Shown here: positions 20,731 through 30,811 of the stretch, piece after piece
Layout of the letters: each line of letters starts with the position of its first letter
How positions within the stretch are numbered: position 1 is the first letter of the stretch
Assembly: GCA_030018135.1 (NCBI GenBank)
Contig: JASEGJ010000001.1
Coordinates: 32,001 to 96,000 of the forward strand
DNA from: Candidatus Hodarchaeaceae archaeon
GTDB taxonomy: Archaea > Hadarchaeota > Hadarchaeia > Hadarchaeales > Hadarchaeaceae
DNA: 64,000 bases
Direction: 5' to 3'
The notes under the pieces: generated by a model
Databases searched by the model: none
Told to the model about the DNA's origin: nothing
What the model saw: only the letters and a program-made list of their open reading frames with translations
Made by a program: the position numbers and the translations under genes

Positions 20731-21544
20731 CTATAAACAACTTCCTCCAAATCGATGAAAACCCGAAGTAGGAGACCAAAAACCAGCTGAGGAAACCGCA
20801 GGAGGCCCATAGACCATAGAATGGGAGGGGTAAGCTGAACGGCAGCCAAGCCACGACCCACCCCTTATACAGGCTGCTCAACCAATACCAGAAAATAAAG
20901 TAGGGAACGATGTAGATGATCGCGGGCTTGAAGGTCTCCATCATCATTTGACCCTGAAGCCCATAGATGCGCTTTTGGTCCTGCTGCAGCTTGTAAATGC
21001 GCTTCATGTCCTTCTTGCGCTGAGCGTCCATCAGCTCCTTCCTCCAAGCGTCCACCTCCGCTTTAACTTGCTTTACCTTCGCCCAATTCACGACTTTCTT
21101 CGTGATCAACGTAATTACGAGGCTAAAGATGACCGCAAGCAGGAGGATGAAGAATATCGCCCGCTCATAGATGAACGGCAGAACGATGTCCAATTTGCCC
21201 GCGATGAGCGATATATCTGCCCGCAAGGTTCGGATGTTGTCCTCCCTGGGTGACCGCTGGAGCGAGGTAAATGCCTGTTTTATGTAATTGTCTAGATCGT
21301 CGTTTTCGAATTTATTTTCGCTCATATTTTTATACAAGGCAAATGCCTCCCCCAAAGCTGACTGAGCCCCGGCGCTATCCCCCCTTCGAAGGGCTATGAT
21401 GGATGAGTCGATCCTGTTCAGCAGGTGCCAAAGGGTCTCCTGGTCGCCCTTGGCCACCTGCTGGGAAGATGCCGTCGTAAATCCGGCACATAGCAGAAGG
21501 CCGACTATGAACGAAATCACGAATATCCTGCGCACGAGTTTCAC
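20723..21544 (-). CDS. DUF106/EMC3/TMCO1 (Oxa1 superfamily) membrane protein with an N-terminal extension
   Basis: TM helix, coiled coil, MMETFKP and terminal TM segment; conserved position between adk and L34e. Confidence 0.85.
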   Translation of the reverse strand: MKLVRRIFVISFIVGLLLCAGFTTASSQQVAKGDQETLWHLLNRIDSSIIALRRGDSAGAQSALGEAFALYKNMSENKFENDDLDNYIKQAFTSLQRSPREDNIRTLRADISLIAGKLDIVLPFIYERAIFFILLLAVIFSLVITLITKKVVNWAKVKQVKAEVDAWRKELMDAQRKKDMKRIYKLQQDQKRIYGLQGQMMMETFKPAIIYIVPYFIFWYWLSSLYKGWVVAWLPFSLPLPFYGLWASCGFLSWFLVSYFGFSSIWRKLFIGD

Positions 21545-22116
21545 CTCAACGCCTCCACCATCTCTCCCACAGCTTCACTGAGCCTACCATCCCTATTTTT
21601 AATTATCCTCACCGTGGCGCCGACCATCGCTGCGTACGCCATCGCGATCGCGCGATTGAGCTGCTGGTGCTCCGCTATCTCGGCGATGAGTTCCTGGTCG
21701 CGGCGACGCGCCATGTCCTTCGTGCGGCGGGCGATCACCTCTTCGGGCGGCGCCTCGATGATGAGGATGGATTCCGGCTTGAGGCCCTCAAGCACCCACC
21801 GTGGGAGCCCGGGCAGATACCCCTCCGGCTTCTTGATCGAGCAGTGCGTATCGAGCAATACCAATTTGCGCTTTGCCATTTGGGCAATCCGCTCGGCGGC
21901 TCCGCGCTGAATATCGCGGTATACATCGGCCGGCAGCTTTCGCATTTCATCCCGATCACATGCGCCAGTCCGCCTGCGCGCCAACTCAAGCATGACATCA
22001 CCATAGTTGACCAACTCGTAGCTCAAGCCAGCCGCCCTTAGCTTTCCCAGCGCTTCGGCGATAACCGTGCTCTTTCCAACGCCCGGCACGCCCGTCACGA
22101 CGATCAGTTTATTCAC
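21541..22116 (-). CDS. adkA: archaeal adenylate kinase
   Basis: TGVPGVGKST, NYGDVM, DTH, GYLPGLP. Confidence 0.95.
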   Translation of the reverse strand: MNKLIVVTGVPGVGKSTVIAEALGKLRAAGLSYELVNYGDVMLELARRRTGACDRDEMRKLPADVYRDIQRGAAERIAQMAKRKLVLLDTHCSIKKPEGYLPGLPRWVLEGLKPESILIIEAPPEEVIARRTKDMARRRDQELIAEIAEHQQLNRAIAMAYAAMVGATVRIIKNRDGRLSEAVGEMVEALR

Positions 22117-23464
22117 CGAAGAACCTCCTTATAGCTGGAAACATCTCTGTTACGCGCTCCCTAGTTATCTCCTCATAGAGTCCGTACAAGATGCCGACCG
22201 TCAAAAGGATACCCGTGCCGCTGCCCAACGCGCCCGTGAAATCCGCGAGGGCCGCAATTAAGCCCACGAATGCCCCTCCCAGCAGCGTAACAGTTGTGAT
22301 GTAGCGTCCGATTACCCGCTCCATTATCCTGATATCCCGACGGAAGCCGGGTATCAACATTCCGGAGCGGTCGAGTTGCTGAGCTACGTCCCGCGGACCC
22401 ATACCTGTCATCTGGATCCAGAGCCATGCGAACCCCACGCAAAGCAACACCAAGATCGCCAAGTAGACACCTGCCTGAAGCGGGTTTTCCACCACTTCGA
22501 CGATTCCATGTGTAGGCTCGATGTAACGAACGACGCCGCCGAGCGGCAAGAACCTCGAGAGTATTTGGATGTTGGCGAATATCGTCATGGCCAGAATTAC
22601 CGGAATGACCGATGCATATAGGAATTTAATGGGGTAGCGCCCACGAACACCGCCAAATCGTCCATATGCGAGCGGTATTTCGACACGCATGCTCTCCGCG
22701 TAAACAACTATGAAAAAGACGATGAGCGTAGCGAGCGCGCCCATCATGTTGGGCAACTCCCTCCTGAAGAATGCATCATATAACCCGCTCCCAGAGATCA
22801 ATGCTTCGATGAATTTTATTATCGCACCCGCCGTTTGGTCGATATAAACTGTCGATTTCATCGGATTGAACGCCTGCCAAAATATCGTGGCCGAAACGCC
22901 CGCTGCGATGAAAAGGCTGATGCCGCTGCCGAACCCGTATTTCGAGACGAGTTCGTCTAAGTAGATCACTATGATCGCGCCCAGCGCGAGCTGAAAGACC
23001 AAGAAGACTATCTTCGATGTGCCGAACCCTAGACCATACCAGCCGCCCAGCACGAGCATCGATGCCTGAAATACACCTAACAATATTGCCAAGATCTTCT
23101 GAACGCCTGTGAAAAGCGCCCGGTCCCCCGGCTTGCTGAAATCGAGATTTATTAACTTGCTGCCCACCAAGAGCTGCATCACGATGCCCGCGGTGACGAT
23201 CGGGCCTATGCCGAGCTCCATGAGGCTACCGGCATGACTCGCGAGCACATACCGCAGATGCCCAAAGAAGCTCTCGGTCTGTCGCTCTATCCCATACAGA
23301 GGTATTTGAGTCATCACCAAAAAGAGGATCAGGGTCAAACCGGTCCACAGGAACTTCTCCTTGAATGAAACGTGGCGCTTTGGAACCTCGACCTCCGGTA
23401 TCTTCCTAACAAGGGGCTCAAGCGCGTAAAGCTTCGATTTTGGCTTCTCTAGCTCTTCCTCCAT
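22109..23464 (-). CDS. secY: preprotein translocase SecY
   Basis: LMELGIGPIVTAGI, GFGSGISLFIAAG, IPGFRRD. Confidence 0.97.
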   Translation of the reverse strand: MEEELEKPKSKLYALEPLVRKIPEVEVPKRHVSFKEKFLWTGLTLILFLVMTQIPLYGIERQTESFFGHLRYVLASHAGSLMELGIGPIVTAGIVMQLLVGSKLINLDFSKPGDRALFTGVQKILAILLGVFQASMLVLGGWYGLGFGTSKIVFLVFQLALGAIIVIYLDELVSKYGFGSGISLFIAAGVSATIFWQAFNPMKSTVYIDQTAGAIIKFIEALISGSGLYDAFFRRELPNMMGALATLIVFFIVVYAESMRVEIPLAYGRFGGVRGRYPIKFLYASVIPVILAMTIFANIQILSRFLPLGGVVRYIEPTHGIVEVVENPLQAGVYLAILVLLCVGFAWLWIQMTGMGPRDVAQQLDRSGMLIPGFRRDIRIMERVIGRYITTVTLLGGAFVGLIAALADFTGALGSGTGILLTVGILYGLYEEITRERVTEMFPAIRRFFGE

Positions 23465-23470
23465 TGTTCT

Positions 23471-23911
23471 TCACCCAACGACCGCCCTACCGCCGGCCTC
23501 TTCCAACTTTCGCTTCGCTTGCTCCGAAAACTGCTTGGCGGTGACCTCAATCGGGCGCGTTACGTGGCCGCCGCCCAGCACTTTTTCGAACCCGAGCTTT
23601 GTGGCATCCACTACAAACCTATCCCCTTCGCGCCTTGCCGCACCCCCCTGCACGAACTCATCTAAATGCTCATCCAGATCCCCTACATTGATGGCGCTTA
23701 CAACCCTACTGACCTCCGATGGACGCACGAAGCCGTGCTTGCCGAAGTGGTTTGGCATGTACTTGAGGATGTAGGGCCACTTCTGCTTATGGCCGCCGCT
23801 CAGGCCCCTTCCCCCTCTTTCGCCTGCGCCGCGGCCCCTTTTGGCGCACCCGCGGCCCATCGTGCGCGATCCGCGGCGCTTCCTACTTTTTCGACGCCTT
23901 CGAACTACCAT
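23471..23911 (-). CDS. rpl15: 50S ribosomal protein L15
   Basis: RGSRTMGRG, RGGRG, FGKHGF. Confidence 0.96.
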   Translation of the reverse strand: MVVRRRRKSRKRRGSRTMGRGCAKRGRGAGERGGRGLSGGHKQKWPYILKYMPNHFGKHGFVRPSEVSRVVSAINVGDLDEHLDEFVQGGAARREGDRFVVDATKLGFEKVLGGGHVTRPIEVTAKQFSEQAKRKLEEAGGRAVVG

Positions 23912-23919
23912 GTAATCGC

Positions 23920-24408
23920 CTAAATCATGCGGAGTATCAACTCGTTTATCTTTTCCCCGCGATAGCCCAATGAGCCCATAGCCTTGAACGGTCGCTTCGT
24001 CGCCTCATAGCCCTTGCTGGGCGGATGCAGGCGGAACACCTTTTTAAGCCCCGGTAATGTCGACAACTTGGCCTCGCCCCTGTAGATGGCTTCGGCAAAT
24101 TCACCGATCGATGAAAACCGTGTGTTCGACTTGACATATTCGTCGCTCAACCTCGCGTCGCCCTCCAATCTCCCGCGTTTGCGCAAAAGTGCCTCAAGCA
24201 CCTCTCGCCCGATCTCGCCCCATGTGATCATATCCTTTGCCTTTTGCAACATCCCCTTATAGGTCGGATCGTCATCGATCACGACGCAGTGATTGACCCG
24301 CGTCAAGCCAAGCACCCGCAGGGTTTCTCGAACGTCCTCGCGCGCTCGGACGCTCCCCCTGACGCGAACGGCCGCGAGCTTAGCCACTTGCCTCACCCGC
24401 TGGGCCAA
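23920..24408 (-). CDS. rpl30: 50S ribosomal protein L30
   Basis: AVRVRG, FRLHPPSKG, LGYRGEKINELILRM. Confidence 0.96.
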   Translation of the reverse strand: MAQRVRQVAKLAAVRVRGSVRAREDVRETLRVLGLTRVNHCVVIDDDPTYKGMLQKAKDMITWGEIGREVLEALLRKRGRLEGDARLSDEYVKSNTRFSSIGEFAEAIYRGEAKLSTLPGLKKVFRLHPPSKGYEATKRPFKAMGSLGYRGEKINELILRMI

Positions 24409-25057
24409 TCACCACGCGCTTCATGTATGGCTCGCGCAGGGCGACCTTAGCTGTTTGCCTCAACGCATCGAATGTTGCTAAAGCAAAGTTTAAAGTCGTG
24501 CGCGTTTGACCTCGCGATTGCGCCCATACGTCCTTGACGCCCGCTAGCCGCAACATGATCTTTGGCACCTCGGCGGTGGCCAAGCCAAGTCCACGAGGTG
24601 CCGGCCTTAACGTCACATATACGCTACTGCTGTGCCCGGTGACCTCAAATGGCACCGAATGCGGCCTCCCGCAACCGCACTCCCAGCTTCCGCAACCGCG
24701 GGCCACCTCCACGATATTTAGCTTCGCAACCGTCACAGCTTTGCGTATCGAGGGGCCAACCTCGCCTCCGCTCTCGTGCGCAACGCCGATAAGGCCATCC
24801 CTGTTCCCAACGACGGCTATCGCCCGATATTTAGTTCTACGGCCGGACTTGTGCATTCTTTGAACCATGCTTATGCCAAGGATATCTTCCTCAAGGTTCG
24901 GCACTAAGGCATCCACGATCTCGGGCTCCTTCGGCCGCTGGCCCTTGCGCAAAATCTCGGAGATGCTAGTTATTCTGCCCTCCCTGACCGCCCGCCCGAT
25001 CGAGGTGCGCGGCTGCCAAAGCTCAATGTCGAACTTCTCCCTCATATCGGCCACCAT
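24380..25057 (-). CDS. rps5: 30S ribosomal protein S5
   Basis: WQPRTSIG, RGCGSWECGC, PAPRGLGL. Confidence 0.96.
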   Translation of the reverse strand: MVADMREKFDIELWQPRTSIGRAVREGRITSISEILRKGQRPKEPEIVDALVPNLEEDILGISMVQRMHKSGRRTKYRAIAVVGNRDGLIGVAHESGGEVGPSIRKAVTVAKLNIVEVARGCGSWECGCGRPHSVPFEVTGHSSSVYVTLRPAPRGLGLATAEVPKIMLRLAGVKDVWAQSRGQTRTTLNFALATFDALRQTAKVALREPYMKRVVIGPAGEASG

Positions 25058-25643
25058 GTTGTGTAACTATTGCCTGCTTGATTTGATTAAAGTGTTCAGG
25101 CAACTGCTCCGGCGCGAGCCCTCGCTTTAAATAATTGGAAAATCTAGAGCGGTAAGCGTCTTCATCATCAGATTTTAACTTGGCGGCATACTGAGCGATG
25201 CACTCGCTCCGCAAACGCCCCTCGTCCGGTAAAATATTCCCACCGTGAGGGATTTGCAGACCTGCATCTAAAGCACCCTTTAGCGCAGCGAAGACCTTCG
25301 CCCCGGCGGTCGGGCTGTGCATGCCTATATCCAAGACGCACTCGCCCGTACCAGCCTTTAGGGAGCGGTAACCACACAATAAGCCAACTAAATAAGCGGC
25401 GGATGTGTTTGCGGTATGGCCCTTCCAGCCAAATTTAGCGAGTTCCTTTGAATGTGCGGCGGCCAACGTCAAATCGCCTGCAGGGGTTGCACGTATGACT
25501 TGAGCAACAATATTTTTAAGCGAAACCCGAACGACCAAGCGAGGCTTGCCTGAGCGCAGGAGTTTAAGTCTATGCCTATAGTCTGTTTTGCCCTCCCGCC
25601 TGCGCCTAAACTGCACCCGCCAAGCCGGACCGATTTTCGACAT
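25023..25643 (-). CDS. rpl18: 50S ribosomal protein L18
   Basis: FRRRREGKTDY, AAYLVG, LKGALDAGL. Confidence 0.96.
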   Translation of the reverse strand: MSKIGPAWRVQFRRRREGKTDYRHRLKLLRSGKPRLVVRVSLKNIVAQVIRATPAGDLTLAAAHSKELAKFGWKGHTANTSAAYLVGLLCGYRSLKAGTGECVLDIGMHSPTAGAKVFAALKGALDAGLQIPHGGNILPDEGRLRSECIAQYAAKLKSDDEDAYRSRFSNYLKRGLAPEQLPEHFNQIKQAIVTQHGGRYEGEVRH

Positions 25644-25644
25644 G

Positions 25645-26094
25645 CTAATCCCTCAATACTCCGCGCTCCCGGAGATAGGCCTCCAAATGGGCCTTGCTTT
25701 TAAAGGAGTTGCCTTTGATCATGCGGTAAAGTCTTCGATACCCCTTCGCGTCGATCGCGCCCTTTTCCTTGAGCTCGCGTAACCTGGCGCGAAGAGGCCG
25801 CACCGTGCGAATCCATACCTCCTTTTTTGGCAGCCTAGCTTTGGCCGAACCCTTCCTGCTTCCGATGCCACGCTGCCTGCCCTTCTTGCGCTTCGCCGCG
25901 CGTTCGCGAGCCCTTGCGTGGCTTATGGCCCGCTCGGGACGCGCCTTGATAACGCCATCGTGAATCAAGCGCTGGATGTCTTCGCGCGTAATCGCGGTTG
26001 AAACATCAGCTATGCGGGTCGGGTCTACCCAAACTCTGTTGACCCCAACGTTCAGAATTTTAGCCGCTAACCTTCTCTGCGTGCTCAGCTTCAT
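25645..26094 (-). CDS. rpl19e: 50S ribosomal protein L19e
   Basis: QRRLAAKIL..RVWVDP, GSRKG. Confidence 0.96.
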   Translation of the reverse strand: MKLSTQRRLAAKILNVGVNRVWVDPTRIADVSTAITREDIQRLIHDGVIKARPERAISHARARERAAKRKKGRQRGIGSRKGSAKARLPKKEVWIRTVRPLRARLRELKEKGAIDAKGYRRLYRMIKGNSFKSKAHLEAYLRERGVLRD

Positions 26095-26461
26095 ACCTCT
26101 CGCCTCCTGGATTAAGCACCCTAATTCCGAGCTCCTTCGCCCGGGCAAGGATCCGCTCGCGCTTATGTCTGCCCACGCCGGATGCTATCCTAATCGCCTG
26201 TTTACTAGGACTTACTCGTTCCACATCCTTTGGGTTATTTATTATGACTTCGGTTAGCCCAGATGGATGGAGCCCGCGCGTGGACCTCGGCAATCTGTAA
26301 CCGACCGAGGCCACGGCCGGCTTGCCCTTCCTGCCAAGGCGCATCTTACTATCCCTGCCCCGCGGGCGTCGCCACTTCTCGCCCAGCTTCTTAAAGCGGA
26401 ACCACTCCTGGCGCCTGAACTTCGGCATGCGCCGTTTTTTCTCTTCGATAGATTTTCGCAT
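26060..26461 (-). CDS. rpl32e: 50S ribosomal protein L32e
   Basis: PKFRRQEW, WRRPRG, RGLHPSG. Confidence 0.96.
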   Translation of the reverse strand: MRKSIEEKKRRMPKFRRQEWFRFKKLGEKWRRPRGRDSKMRLGRKGKPAVASVGYRLPRSTRGLHPSGLTEVIINNPKDVERVSPSKQAIRIASGVGRHKRERILARAKELGIRVLNPGGERYEAEHAEKVSG

Positions 26462-26464
26462 CGC

Positions 26465-27001
26465 TCACGCCCTCTCCACGATATATATGCCATCCTGAAA
26501 GATTCTTGGATCGCGCCGTTTTATGTACGTGGCCTGCTCGATGTTAAATGCTGTTTGCCCGACATCCTCCTTGTTGAGGCCCTCGACAATTATCTCATCG
26601 TCCTTAACCTTTACATCCGCGTCACCAACCACCTTCGCAACCCTAGGACTCCTCTCGCCCAAGAAGTTGTGGATTAACACCTGCTTGCCCTCCACCTTAA
26701 CTGTTATCGGAAAATGCGCGTATGATATGCGAAGCTTGTAGGCAAAGCCTTCCGTGACCCCCTTTACCATGTTGAGTAAGTGAGATTTGATCGTGCCCAC
26801 CGCCGCATGTTGCCTTCTGCGCGGAAACGCTGCCGCGATCAAGATCGATTTTCCTTCCTGCTCCAAGTTTACCCCTGGGATATCGATTGTTCTCTCCAGT
26901 TTGCCCTTAGGCCCGCGAACTTCTATGGTCCTACCGCTAAGCTTGACCTCCACGCCATCTGGCACCATGACCTCCTCTCGAATTTGTGCCGCCGCCATCA
27001 T
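26465..27001 (-). CDS. rpl6: 50S ribosomal protein L6
   Basis: GPKG, YAHFP, NFLGE, DPRIFQDGIY. Confidence 0.96.
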   Translation of the reverse strand: MMAAAQIREEVMVPDGVEVKLSGRTIEVRGPKGKLERTIDIPGVNLEQEGKSILIAAAFPRRRQHAAVGTIKSHLLNMVKGVTEGFAYKLRISYAHFPITVKVEGKQVLIHNFLGERSPRVAKVVGDADVKVKDDEIIVEGLNKEDVGQTAFNIEQATYIKRRDPRIFQDGIYIVERA

Positions 27002-27133
27002 TAACACCCTGCTTCATTAAACTCGCTCTATTTTCTCATCCGCTTTATTAAACCTCTAGTCGATGTAAGAGGTTCAAACTATAGCATCTATTCGCAGGAG
27101 TATAAAACAGGTTTTGCCCGGTCGAAAATGGGT

Positions 27134-27523
27134 TTAATAAACGTACACCAAGAGTCTCCCGCCCGTGCCCTGTTCCCTCGCTTGGACATGTGCCATAACG
27201 CCCTTGGGCGTTGAAACTACCAATATCCCAAAACCCGTCGCGGGCAGGTACCTTTTCTCCCATTTCTCATAATCGCCGCGCTTTACGGCATGGCGAGGTT
27301 TTATCGCGCCGCAGCTATTGATCTTGCCAAGTAGCTGTATCCTGAACTTTCCAGCCTTGCCGTCGTCGATGAACTCAAATTCTCCTATGAAGTTCTCCTG
27401 CTGCATAACGCGTAGAACATCTGCGATAAGTTTTGATGCCGGGGCTACGATGACTTCCCGCTTTCTAGCCCTTTCGTAATTCCTTATTGTTGAAAGCGCG
27501 TTGGCGAGCGGATCCATTAGCAT
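27134..27523 (-). CDS. rps8: 30S ribosomal protein S8
   Basis: [26 protein letters not shown]. Confidence 0.97.
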   Translation of the reverse strand: MLMDPLANALSTIRNYERARKREVIVAPASKLIADVLRVMQQENFIGEFEFIDDGKAGKFRIQLLGKINSCGAIKPRHAVKRGDYEKWEKRYLPATGFGILVVSTPKGVMAHVQAREQGTGGRLLVYVY

Positions 27524-27531
27524 CTAAACAC

Positions 27532-27678
27532 CTAACTATATTTTTTGAACCCCATCTTAGGCGCGATTTCCCTGAAACACCTGCGGCACAAGCTCAGCCC
27601 ATGGCATTGGTAAACTGGCCCATGCCTGCCGCAACGCCTGCATTTGTGCGCGCCCTTGCCAAATTTTTGTTTTGTCAT
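27532..27678 (-). CDS. rps14: 30S ribosomal protein S14 (48 aa, not in the ORF track)
   Basis: Manual translation: [48 protein letters not shown]. Confidence 0.95.
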   Translation of the reverse strand: MTKQKFGKGAHKCRRCGRHGPVYQCHGLSLCRRCFREIAPKMGFKKYS

Positions 27679-28193
27679 CATAACACCTGGACGCCAAACT
27701 TCTGGCTGATGAAGTTTATTGCCTCTTCCCCTGTAATGCGATGAACCGGCGGTATTTTACGCGTTTGACGCCGCCTGTGCTTAATGCGGTAACCAGGCCT
27801 ACAAAGCGTGACGCAAACGTCCATGCCAAAAATACCTATCTCGGGGTCATATTCAACGCCTGGGATATCTATGTGTTCTTTGATGCCAAATGAGAAGTTC
27901 CTCCCATTGTCAAAGGAATCCCTTTTTAGACGCTTTTCCACCGCTTCTAACAAGCGCTTCAAAAGCGTTGCCGCTGGTTCGCCTCGCAGGGTAACTTTGC
28001 AGCCGATGGGTTCGTCGCTCTTGATGCCGAAATCCCGGATGGTCTTCCTCGCGAAGCATCTAGCCGGCTTCCGTCCGGTGAGCCGCCCTAGCACCTGTTC
28101 CGCCTTAGTGAGTTTGTCCCCGCCCTCGCCTACGCCTATGTTCAAAGTTAACTTCTCGATCCTTATTTCGCGCATGGGATTCATGAGCTCCAC
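27678..28193 (-). CDS. rpl5: 50S ribosomal protein L5
   Basis: [27 protein letters not shown]. Confidence 0.97.
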   Translation of the reverse strand: MELMNPMREIRIEKLTLNIGVGEGGDKLTKAEQVLGRLTGRKPARCFARKTIRDFGIKSDEPIGCKVTLRGEPAATLLKRLLEAVEKRLKRDSFDNGRNFSFGIKEHIDIPGVEYDPEIGIFGMDVCVTLCRPGYRIKHRRRQTRKIPPVHRITGEEAINFISQKFGVQVL

Positions 28194-28912
28194 CTACATG
28201 AGATAAGTGGCTTCTCCTTTCCTATCACGAAGACATGATCCTCGGGCGCCTGAAAGTTTGTGCCATCGGGTGCCTGAAGGATAACAATATTGGGCTGAGT
28301 GCCCTCGATTAGCTTGATATCAACGATTTTTCCGACCCTGCCGACGTTTGCGCCCCCTGTGACGAGCGCGAGAAAATCTTTCTCAAACGGGAGCCGCTCG
28401 GCGACCTTCAGGCTTGGGAGGGTTAGCTTTGCAACATCCCGAGGCTTAAACTCCGCGAAGTCGCCGACGAGCGTTTGGCCGTCGTGAAATGTAAGCTGTG
28501 CTCGCTTGCCTCGGATGATGTCCTTGCGCACAACCTTACAGAGTTTGAAAGATGCCTCAGTTTGTGGAATCTCGCGCATGATCAAGCGTCGCCTCGTATC
28601 CAATAAAACCCTATAGCCGCGATTGATCTTCGGCAACTGCACGACATCCATTAGGCCGATTGGGAACTTCGGATCGCGCCTGACTCTACCATCCACGAGG
28701 ACATGCCCCTCGGCAAGGATTCGATCGGCTTCGCGGGCAGTTCGAGCTAAGGTGAGGTAATCGCGCAAGAGGAGGCTAAGCGGTATCGAGCCATCGCCGG
28801 GGTGCGGCCCGGGCGCTGGTTTTGCGGTCCAAACGATCGATTTGCGCGACAACTTAAGCGAAGTCGATGCGGCGAACCTCTTGAGGTGCCTACCCTGACC
28901 CTTTCTTGCCAA
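28181..28912 (-). CDS. rps4e: 30S ribosomal protein S4e
   Basis: HLKR, PAPGPH, VDGRVRRDPKFPIGLMD. Confidence 0.95.
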   Translation of the reverse strand: MARKGQGRHLKRFAASTSLKLSRKSIVWTAKPAPGPHPGDGSIPLSLLLRDYLTLARTAREADRILAEGHVLVDGRVRRDPKFPIGLMDVVQLPKINRGYRVLLDTRRRLIMREIPQTEASFKLCKVVRKDIIRGKRAQLTFHDGQTLVGDFAEFKPRDVAKLTLPSLKVAERLPFEKDFLALVTGGANVGRVGKIVDIKLIEGTQPNIVILQAPDGTNFQAPEDHVFVIGKEKPLISCRWSS

Positions 28913-29267
28913 CTTTAGACCTCCTATCAAGTATTTTGTCGCGCTCCTTATCGGGCTTGAGCTTAATGACCATCACCTTTGAAGGGCTCACCGGCCTGGG
29001 CACCTCGGTCCCGTCAGCTTTTCTCGTGGCGGCCCCAGCCACAATAATGCGGCGGCGCTTGGTATCGACCTCGAGAACGTCGCCTTCAAGCTTCATAAAG
29101 TCACCGCGCATCACCCTTACCTTGTCTCCCTTTCGCACCGGGATCGAACGAAACCCATGCTTTTGCCTGAGTTCCAAGCTAAGCGGCACCGCGAGGTGCT
29201 TGTGCCGAACGTGCAGAGGCGCCGCATGAAGCCTTTTGCGTTGCTTTCTCGGCTGCCTGCTCACCAT
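28890..29267 (-). CDS. rpl24: 50S ribosomal protein L24
   Basis: SRQPRKQRK, PVRKGDKVRVMRG. Confidence 0.96.
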   Translation of the reverse strand: MVSRQPRKQRKRLHAAPLHVRHKHLAVPLSLELRQKHGFRSIPVRKGDKVRVMRGDFMKLEGDVLEVDTKRRRIIVAGAATRKADGTEVPRPVSPSKVMVIKLKPDKERDKILDRRSKVGKKGSG

Positions 29268-29275
29268 AGGATCAC

Positions 29276-29701
29276 CTACACCACGATCGAGGCTATGCCA
29301 GCTACCCGGGGCCAGCGCTCGGCCGCCTCTCGAGCAATCGGCCCCCTGATCTCCGAGCCCCTTGGCGCGCCCTCGGGGGTTATCAACACCGCGGCATTGT
29401 CCTCAAACTTTATCCGCATGCCATCCGAGCGGCGGTATTCCTTCGTCTGTCTGACTATTATCGCTTGAACCACCTGCTTACGCACCTCCGGCGTACCCTT
29501 CTTGACCGAGGCCACAACTCGGTCGCCGACGCCTGCCTTTGGCATACGCCTGCGCACGCCCTTGTAGTCGACCGCCGATATTATCTGCAGCTCCTTTGCG
29601 CCAGTATTGTCGGCGCACGTCAGTCTGGTGCCCGATAGCAACGTCCGCACTGGCGTAACTGGTGTAACGCCGATCGCGAAGCCCGCACCCTTCTTGCCCA
29701 T
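29276..29701 (-). CDS. rpl14: 50S ribosomal protein L14
   Basis: [23 protein letters not shown]. Confidence 0.96.
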   Translation of the reverse strand: MGKKGAGFAIGVTPVTPVRTLLSGTRLTCADNTGAKELQIISAVDYKGVRRRMPKAGVGDRVVASVKKGTPEVRKQVVQAIIVRQTKEYRRSDGMRIKFEDNAAVLITPEGAPRGSEIRGPIAREAAERWPRVAGIASIVV

Positions 29702-29702
29702 T

Positions 29703-30020
29703 TTACCCCCCCAGCCTCTGCACCACCACAAACGACTTGGTCTTACTCAGCCTCCTGCACTCCATAACCCTCACTTTGTCGCCCACGCGCGCATTTATGC
29801 AGGGGGGGCTATGGACATGGAGCTTTGAGGTGCGCCGCTCGTAGCGCTCATACTTCGCGACCTTGCGCATGTACTCAAGCTCAACGGTGACGGTTTTCGA
29901 TGTCTTATCGCTTGTGACGGTGCCCTCGAAAATTCGACCCCTAACGGAGAGCGTGCCGTGAAACGGGCAGTTCTCATCTGAGCACCTCTCCTTCGGAGGC
30001 TCGATGTTAAGGCCGACCAT
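29703..30020 (-). CDS. rps17: 30S ribosomal protein S17
   Basis: [20 protein letters not shown]. Confidence 0.96.
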   Translation of the reverse strand: MVGLNIEPPKERCSDENCPFHGTLSVRGRIFEGTVTSDKTSKTVTVELEYMRKVAKYERYERRTSKLHVHSPPCINARVGDKVRVMECRRLSKTKSFVVVQRLGG

Positions 30021-30023
30021 AGT

Positions 30024-30296
30024 TTACCTCCGTTTTTTGACCCTCTCCTCTGGATTGGCGACCAATCGCGCGCCGTCCACCTCGATCTCCTCGCCGCTAG
30101 GCAGCATTATCCGAAATGTAGAGTTGACCTTCGGCACGATCCTGGGCTTGTCCACCTGCTCTATGACCAACATGTCACGGGTTTCGTCGATTATCCTACC
30201 GTAGGTGCCTATCAGCCCAGAGTCCGAGCTATTCACTACTCTCGCATCGAGGCCTATGAGCTCGTGCCGCAGCACATTTCGCTTGGTTATCGGCAT
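30024..30296 (-). CDS. rnp1: RNase P protein component 1 (aRpp29)
   Basis: RHELIGL, GRIIDETR, PEERVK. Confidence 0.93.
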   Translation of the reverse strand: MPITKRNVLRHELIGLDARVVNSSDSGLIGTYGRIIDETRDMLVIEQVDKPRIVPKVNSTFRIMLPSGEEIEVDGARLVANPEERVKKRR

Positions 30297-30420
30297 AACA
30301 ATCATCCGCGAACTATAGAGCACTCACCCTATATCAGGGTGGGGTCCATGACACACCATCCCTTGATGGTCTTGAGTTCCACCCTTTAAAATGTTATATA
30401 TTCGCCCCGAAAAGCTCGCC

Positions 30421-30429
30421 AAAAAAAAA
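30421..30429 (-). terminator. oligo-T terminator candidate after the aIF1 gene
   Basis: T9 run on the minus strand in the sui1-rnp1 spacer. Confidence 0.4.
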
Positions 30430-30499
30430 GCATCGCACTATTCAAAATCATCGCGTCAGTCGAAATATGCCTTTCTGGTTAGGGATACCAAGTGTTGGT

Positions 30500-30808
30500 T
30501 CACTTTATGTCTATCATATCGGGCGAGAAACCCATCTCGATGAGTGCCTCTTTAACCCTCGCTTTGTGGTCCCCCTGGAGTTCTATCTTGCCATCCTTCG
30601 CCGTTCCACCACAAGCCAGCTTGGACTTTAGATTCTTCGTCAACTCCTTAATATCGAGCTGTTTCTCGTCAATGCCCTCAACGATTGTTACCTTTTTTTT
30701 GAACTTTCGTTCTATTGAATACACATTTATCCGCTGTTGCTCGCGTGCGATCTCCTCGCACACGCAAAGCTCCTTGGGTAACCCACACACCTTACATACT
30801 TCTGGCAG
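30500..30808 (-). CDS. sui1: translation initiation factor aIF1 (SUI1 homolog), CTG start
   Basis: [19 protein letters not shown]; LACGGT, IELQGDH; in-frame TAG directly upstream. Confidence 0.92.
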   Translation of the reverse strand: MPEVCKVCGLPKELCVCEEIAREQQRINVYSIERKFKKKVTIVEGIDEKQLDIKELTKNLKSKLACGGTAKDGKIELQGDHKARVKEALIEMGFSPDMIDIK

Positions 30809-30811
30809 CTA

